Assembly: GCF_009914755.1 (NCBI RefSeq)
Contig: NC_060931.1
Strand: one strand, 5' to 3'
DNA length: 64,000 nt
Source: the human T2T-CHM13v2.0 reference genome, Homo sapiens
Shown: positions 55,438 through 64,000 of the stretch, in pieces
How positions within the stretch are numbered: position 1 is the stretch's first letter
Layout: every line of letters begins with the position of its first letter
Made by a program: the position numbers and the translations under genes
The notes under the pieces: generated by a model
Told to the model about the DNA's origin: nothing
Seen by the model: only the letters and a program-made list of their open reading frames with translations
Database searches by the model: none

Positions 55438-58400
55438 GGCCCCCGCCTGGGGCAGCTGAAGAGTTTTGCCCAGTCTACTTCTGCATAGTGGAAAAAAACT
55501 GCAACATGAATAGTGACATTTGTTCCTCTTCCACATATCAGATAAGTCATCCTTGACCTGTAGGGATCAGTGAGTGAGAGGCAACCACAGACAATGGTAA
55601 AAGTTCTCTCACCAGCATCTGGAAAAATTGAGCATAGCAGCCAGCATAAGGGCTCAGAGGGAACCTGAAGAAAGGAACTGCATGTATCGATTGGGTGTAC
55701 TGAGAATCAGAACACACATAGTACAATATCTTAAATATTACCTGAAAAGAGAAACTGACCTGAGCTAACTTTAATAAGAAAAGCTAATTGTAGATAGATT
55801 CAGCCTAGACCAAGAAAGGTAAACTTAAAATATACTAATAAACACCAAAAATTATTTTCAGCTGTTTGTCCTGCATGGACCAGTGAAGAACACATGTCCA
55901 ACTCTGTAGTACAAATGAATAAGCTCTTAAACATTACAGAAACATTAGCAACAAAGAAAATAGCTTTTGATTTCAATAAAGTTGATTCTATATACATGGA
56001 AAAAGCCTTTCTTATTGGGCAGATTGAATCTATTAGAAAATTTTGGATTATTGCTAAGTTTTTAAAAATTTGATTTTGTACATTGATAGATAAAATTGTA
56101 CATCTTTACCATGCATAACATAATGTTTTGAAGTATGTATAGATTGTGGAATGACTATATCTAGCAAATTAACATATGCATTACCTCACATATTATCACT
56201 TTTATGATGAGGACATTTTATATCACTCCCTCAGCATTTATTAAGAATACCATATTATTAATATTATTAACTATAGTCACCATGTTGTTCAATAGATTTC
56301 TTGAACTTATTCCTCCTGCCCAACTGAAATTTTGTATCCTTTGACCAACATCTCCCCAACTCTCCCCCCAACTAACCAACCCAACCCTGGTAATTATCAT
56401 TCTATTCTATATTTTATGAGATCAACTTTTTTAGATTCCACACATGATAAGTGAGATTATGTGATATTTGTCTTTCTCTGTCTGGCTTATTTCACTTAAC
56501 ATAATATCCTCCAAGTTTATCCATGTTGTCAAAAATGACAAGATTTCCTCATTTTTAAAAAGCTGAATAGTGTTCCATTGTGTACATATGCCACATTTTC
56601 TTTATCCATTCATCCACTGATGGCCACTTAGGTTGATTCCATATCTTGGTTACTGTGAACAGTGCTGCAATAAATATGAAAGTGCAGATATCTCTTTAAC
56701 ATACTGATTTCATTTTCTTCGGATATATACCCAGTTGTAAAATTGCTGAATCATATGATAATTCTATTTTTGAGGAACCTTCATACTGTTTTCCATAATG
56801 GTTGTACTAATTTACATTCCCACAGTGTGCGAGAGTTCCCTTTTTCCACATCCTACTAAATGCTTGTTATTTTTTCCTATTTTTGATAGTAGCCATTGTA
56901 ACAGGTTTGAAGTGATATCTCATTGTGGTTTTATTTGCATTTTCCTGTTGATTAGTGAGGCTGAACATTTTTAAACATACCTCCTGGCCATTTGTATGTC
57001 TTCTTTTGAAAAATCCCGTTTAGATTCTTTACCCATTTTTAAATAGGATTATTTGTTTTCTTGCTATTGAGTTTTCTGAGTTCCTTATAAATTGTGTATA
57101 TTAACTCCTTATCAGATGTATAGTTTGCAATACTTTCTCCCATTCTGTAGGTTGTCTCTTCAATTTATTCATTCTTTCCCTTTTTGTCTGCATAAGGTTT
57201 TTAATTTGATGTAGTCCCATTTGTCTATTTTTGCTTTTGTTGCTTGTACTTTTGGGGTCATGTTCAAAAAGCCATTGCCCAGACCAATGCTGTGGATCCT
57301 TTCCCTTATGTTTTCTTATAGTAATTTTACAATTTTGCATCTTACTTTTGAGTCTTTAATCCATTTTGAGTTGATTTTTGTATATGGTGTGAGACGAGTC
57401 TAATTTCATTTCTTCCTTATGTAGATATCCAGTTTTCCCAACACTATTTATTGAAGAGACAATCCTTTCTTTGTTGTGTGTTCTTGGCTCCTTTATAGAA
57501 AATCAGTTGGTTGTAAACATGTGGATTTATTTCTAGGCTCTCTATTTTGTTCCATTGGCTTATGCATCTGTTTTTATGCCAGTACAATGCTGTTTTGTTT
57601 ACTGTAGCTTTATAGTATATTTTGAAGTCAGGTAGTGTGATGCCAGCAACTTTGTTCTTCTTATTCAAAATTGCTTTGGCTATTTGGGGTCTTCTGTGGT
57701 TTCAAGTACGTTTTAGGGTTTTTTTTTTTTATTTCTGTGATGAATGTCATTGGTATTGTAATAGGAATTGCTTTGAATCTGTAGATCACTTTAATTAGTA
57801 AAGACATTTCAACAATATTAATTCAATTCATGAACCTGGGATATCTTCCCATTTATTTATGTCTTCCTCAATTTCTTTCATCAGGAGTTTATAGTTTCCA
57901 GTGTAGAGATCTTTCCATTTTGGGCTAAATTTATTCCTAAGTAATTAATTTACTTATTTTGGTAACTATTGTAAATGGGATTGTTTTCTTGATTTCTTTT
58001 CCAGATCATTCACTGTTAGTATATAGAAACACTACTGATTTTTGTGTTTTGATTTTGTGTCCTGCAACTTTACTGAATTTGTCTATCAGGTCTAACAGTT
58101 TTTTGGTGCAGTCTTTATGGTTTTCTAGACATATGATATATAATTTGTTGAGCATTTTTATCATGAAATGATGTTGAATTTTGTCAAATGCTTTTTCTGG
58201 AGTAGCTGAAATTATCATAGCATTTTTGTCCTTTATTATGTTAATATGATGTATCACATTTATTGATTTGCATATGTTGAGCCATCTTTGCATCTTTGAA
58301 ATGAATCCCAGTTGATCATGGTGAATGATCTTTTTAATGTACTGTTGAATTCTATTTTTTAATAGTTTGTTGAGGATTTTTTTTGCATCTATGTTCATCA

Positions 58401-58755
58401 GAAATATAGGCCTGTAGTTTTCTTTCTTTCTTTTTTTTGGAGTATCTTTGTCTGGTTTTCATATCAGAGTGAAGCTGCCCTTGAAAAATGAGTTTGGAAG
58501 TATTACTTCCAGTTTAATTTTCTAGAAGAGTTTGAGAAAAATTGTTATTAGTTCTTTAAATGTTTGATAGAATTGAGCAGTGAAGCTTTCAGATCCTGGT
58601 CTCTTCTTTGATGGAAAATTTTTTATTACTGACTTGGTCTGTTCAGATTTTCTACCTCTTCATAATTCAGTCTTGGTAGGTTGTATGTATCAAGGAATTT
58701 ATCCACTTCTAGGTTATCCAATTTGTTGCTGTATAATTACTCATCATAATTTCTT

Positions 58756-59079
<324 letters not shown>

Positions 59080-60416
59080 TTATGTTTCTGTTGTATCAGT
59101 TGTAATATCTCCTTTTTCTGATTTTATTCATTTTAGTCTTCTCTCTCTTTTTTCTTAGTCTAGCTAAAGGTTTATTAATTTTGTTTATCTTTTAGACAAC
59201 TGACTTTTAGGTTTTTTTCTATTGTTTTTCTCTATTATTTTCTGTTGTTATCTTTATTATTTCCTTTCTTCTACTAACTTTGGGCTTTGTTCTTGTTTTC
59301 CTAGTTTCTTGAGGTGAAACATTAGGTAGTTAATTTGAGATGTGTCTGTCTCTTTTTTTAGATGTAGGTGTTTATTGCTATAAACTTCCTTCTGACAACT
59401 GCTTTTGATATATCCCATAAGTTTTGCTATGCTGTGTTTCCATTTTCATTTGTTGGAAGAAAATTTTAAATTTCTCTTTCAATTTCTTGATTGACCCTTT
59501 GGTTGTTCAGGAACATGTTGGTTAATTTTCATGTGTTTGTGGATTTTCCAAAGTTCCTCCTGTTACTAATTTCTAGTTTTTTAACCATCGTGGTCAGAAA
59601 ATATACTTGGTATGATTTTCATCTTTTAAAATTGGTTCGGACTTGTTTTGTGGCCTAACATCAGATCTCTTCTGGAGAATATTTTATTTGTATTTGAGGA
59701 TGTGAATTCTTCAGCTGTTGGATGGAATGTTCTGCATATGTCTGTTAGGTCCATTTGATCTAGAGTGTAGTTTATGTCTAATGTTTTTGTTACTGATTTT
59801 ACATCTAGATAATCTTTCCATTACTGAATGTGGGCTTTTGAAGTCCCCGGCTATTATTATAGTGCAATCAATCTCTCCCTTCAGATCTATTAATATTTGC
59901 TTTATGCATTTGTGTGCTCTGATGTTGGGTGCATATATATTTACAGTTGTTATATCCTCTTGCTGAATTGACACTTTATCATTATATAATAACCTTCTTT
60001 GTCTCTTTTTATAGTTTGTGACTAAAAGTCTATTTTGTCTGATGTAAATATAGCTATTCTTGCTTCTTTTGATTTCCATTTGTACAGAATATCTTTTTCT
60101 GCCCCTTCACCTTCAGTCTGTGTGTATCTATCTTTACAGGTGAAGTGAGTCTGTTGTAGGGAGCATATAGTTGGGTCTTTTTTTTTTGTAATCCATTCAG
60201 CCTCTCTGTGCCTTTGGTTGGATAATTTAATCTATTTATATTCAAGGTAATTATTAATAGGTAAGGACTTACTACTGCCATTTTGCCAATTGTTTTCTAT
60301 TTACTTGTTTATAGATCCTTTATGTTCTTTTCTTTCTTTCTGGCTGTCTTCCTTTGTAGCTAAGTGATTTTCTAGTGATGTTTTGATTCCCTGCTTTTTA
60401 TTTTTTGTATGTCTAT

Positions 60417-61205
<789 letters not shown>

Positions 61206-61308
61206 TTATATAGTCATAACAGGCAATTTTAAGCTGATTACAACTTAACTTTGACTGTAAAAACAAAAGAAAATAAAAACCCAACTCTACACTTTTGCTT
61301 CATCCCCA

Positions 61309-61617
61309 TTTTTTATTTTTTATTTTTATTTTTATTTTTTTTTTGAGACAGGGTCTCACTCTGTCACCTGGTGGGACTGCGGTGGTGTGATTTTGGCTCA
61401 CTGCAACCTCCGCTTCCTAGGCTCAGGTGATTCTCCCACCTCAGCCTGCCAAGTATCTGGGACTACAGGCATGCACCACCATGCCTGGCTAATTTTTGTA
61501 GCTTTTGTAGAGACAGGGTTTTGCCATATTGCCCAGGCTGGTCTCGAAATCCTGGACTCAAGTGATCCACCTGCCTTGGCCTCTCAAAGTGCTGGGAAGC
61601 ATGAGCCACTGCGCCCC
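61309..61617 (-). mobile_element. AluJ
   Basis: (TTTTTA)n tail; 'gagacagggtctcactctg', 'ttgccatattgcccagg'. Confidence 0.9.
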
Positions 61618-62071
61618 ATCCTGTTTTTGAATTTTTGATGTCACAATTCACATCATTTTATATTACATATTCCTTAACAAATTACTGCAGCTATTACTAT
61701 TTTTAATAGTTTTATCTTTCAACCTTTGTAATCAAGATATAAATAATTTACACACCACCATTATAGTATTAGATAATTCTGAATTTGACTGTGCACTTAC
61801 TTTTAAAAGTGAATTTTATACTTTTTTGTTATTTTTTTGTGCTATTCATCTGGATCCTTTTCTTTCAGTTTGAAGGACTTCCTTTAACATTTCTTGTAAC
61901 ATAGGTCTGGTGGTGATGAATTTCCTCAGATTTTATTTGTCTGGAAAAGTCTTTATCTCTCTTATTTCTGAGAGACATATTTCCTGGTTACTGTATTCTT
62001 GGTTGAATACAGTAGCCTTTTAAAATTGCTCTTTGAATATAATATCCACTCTCTCCTAGCCTGTAAGGTTT

Positions 62072-62601
<530 letters not shown>

Positions 62602-64000
62602 CCTGTAAGGTTTTGTTGAGAAGTTTGCTGCTAGCTGTATTAGAACTTCTTTATATGTTATCTTATTTTCTCTTGCTGCTTTTAGAATCTTCTTTCTGCC
62701 TTTGATCTTTGACAGTTTGATTATAACATGTCTTGATTATAATATGTAGTCATATTTGGATTAAATCTGGCTGGAGAACTTTGACTTTCCTGTACCTGGA
62801 TATTTAAATCTTTCTCTAGGTTTAAAAATGTTCTGCTACTTTTTCTTTAAAATAGCTTTCTACTTATGTTTCTCTTTTCTCTCTTAAACTCCAGTGGTTT
62901 GAAGTTTGCTCTTTTGATGCTGTCCTATAAATCCTGTAAGCTTTCTTTATTCTTTTTTATTCAGTTTTCTTTTTTCTCCTCTGACTATATATTTTCAAAT
63001 AAGCTATCATTGAGACACAGATTCCTTCTTCTGCCTGATTAATTCTGCTGTTGATGCTTTCTATTGCATTTTTCATTTTGTTTATTGTATCTTTAGCTCT
63101 AGGGTTTCTGTTTGATTTTTTAAAAATTACTTTCAACTACTCTAATACATCTTTCATTCTGGTCCCTTATTGTTTTCCTTATTTCATTGATTTTTTTCCT
63201 CTGTATTTTCCTGAAGTTTGCTGAGCTTTCTTAAAATAGTTATTTTAAAATCTTTATCATGCAGTTCATGCATCTTCATCTTTTTAGGGTTGGTCACTTG
63301 CACTTTATTTTGTCCATGGGTATTGTCATGTTTCCTTGATTGCTCTGTATCCTTGTGATTGTACATTAATGTCTGTGCATTTGAAGAAGTGGATACTTAT
63401 TCCAGTCTTCACAGAGTAACTTTGTCTGGAAAAGCCCTCCAGCAGGTGCAACACTGGGATGTGCCAGAAGCTGGGGGCATTTGTGGCCAGTGTGTCACTG
63501 GGGTATGCCAGAAATCTGGGGCAGCTGCAGCTAGCATGGCACTGTCAGAAGCTGGGGGCTTACCATGCAGGCATGGTGCTGTGGTGCACCAGAAGCCTAA
63601 TGCAGTTGTAGCTGATATAGTGCTGCTGGAAGACCAGGGCTAACTACAGCATGCACAGTGCTTTTGTAGGCCAAAAACTTGGAGTGGCTGAGGCCTGTCT
63701 GCTGCAGAGGGCTATTTGGAGCATGGGCTGTTGATATCAGCCCAGTAATGGTGCAGGCCAAAGATCAAGTTTGTCACACAAGTCTGAGGTCTGAAACTGT
63801 GAAACCCTGCCTGGTCCTGGGGCAGACTGGATTATGGGGCCATGGGGGTCTGTCCAGAACTAGGTTTTGCTGTGGTGGGCTCACAGCCCACCACAGTTTT
63901 AAATGTGGTGGGTTTTAAATGACCTTGTATTTGAAAGCAGTTTCTCTATGTCTCTTTGCCTATCCTTATACTACACTTCTACTTAAAATGTAGCTTTAAA

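Overview
This is primate genomic DNA, probably human or another ape (it carries AluY and a full-length L1PA3). It is repeat-rich intergenic or intronic sequence. I found no host protein-coding exon, RNA gene, processed pseudogene or CpG-island promoter, and I could not place the locus. About 45% of the window is LINE-1. There are two old minus-strand L1MA elements (~16.4-22.9 kb and ~56.1-63.9 kb) and an old plus-strand L1M (~26.6-38.9 kb) split by a full-length, mutationally dead L1PA3 of the ~6.16 kb form that still carries the ZNF93-site segment (30447-36604, 15-bp TSD). The rest is Alus, solo LTRs (MER21, MST, MLT1, MLT2, MER4, MER57), hAT/mariner relics (MER3, MER5, MER20, Charlie4a, MADE1), MIR/L2 relics and a few repeat-poor blocks that may be enhancers. 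All long ORFs with a recognisable product are L1-derived. I cannot support a claim of a new multi-gene system. The most interesting unexplained structures are a pre-miRNA-sized hairpin (43573-43639), a probable ancient L1 3' transduction (41539-42282), a dispersed 114-bp duplication (12103/15168) and a series of templated-insertion or foldback repair scars (e.g. 50571-50703). Repeat subfamily names come from recalled consensus sequences, not from a search, and boundaries of old repeats are approximate.
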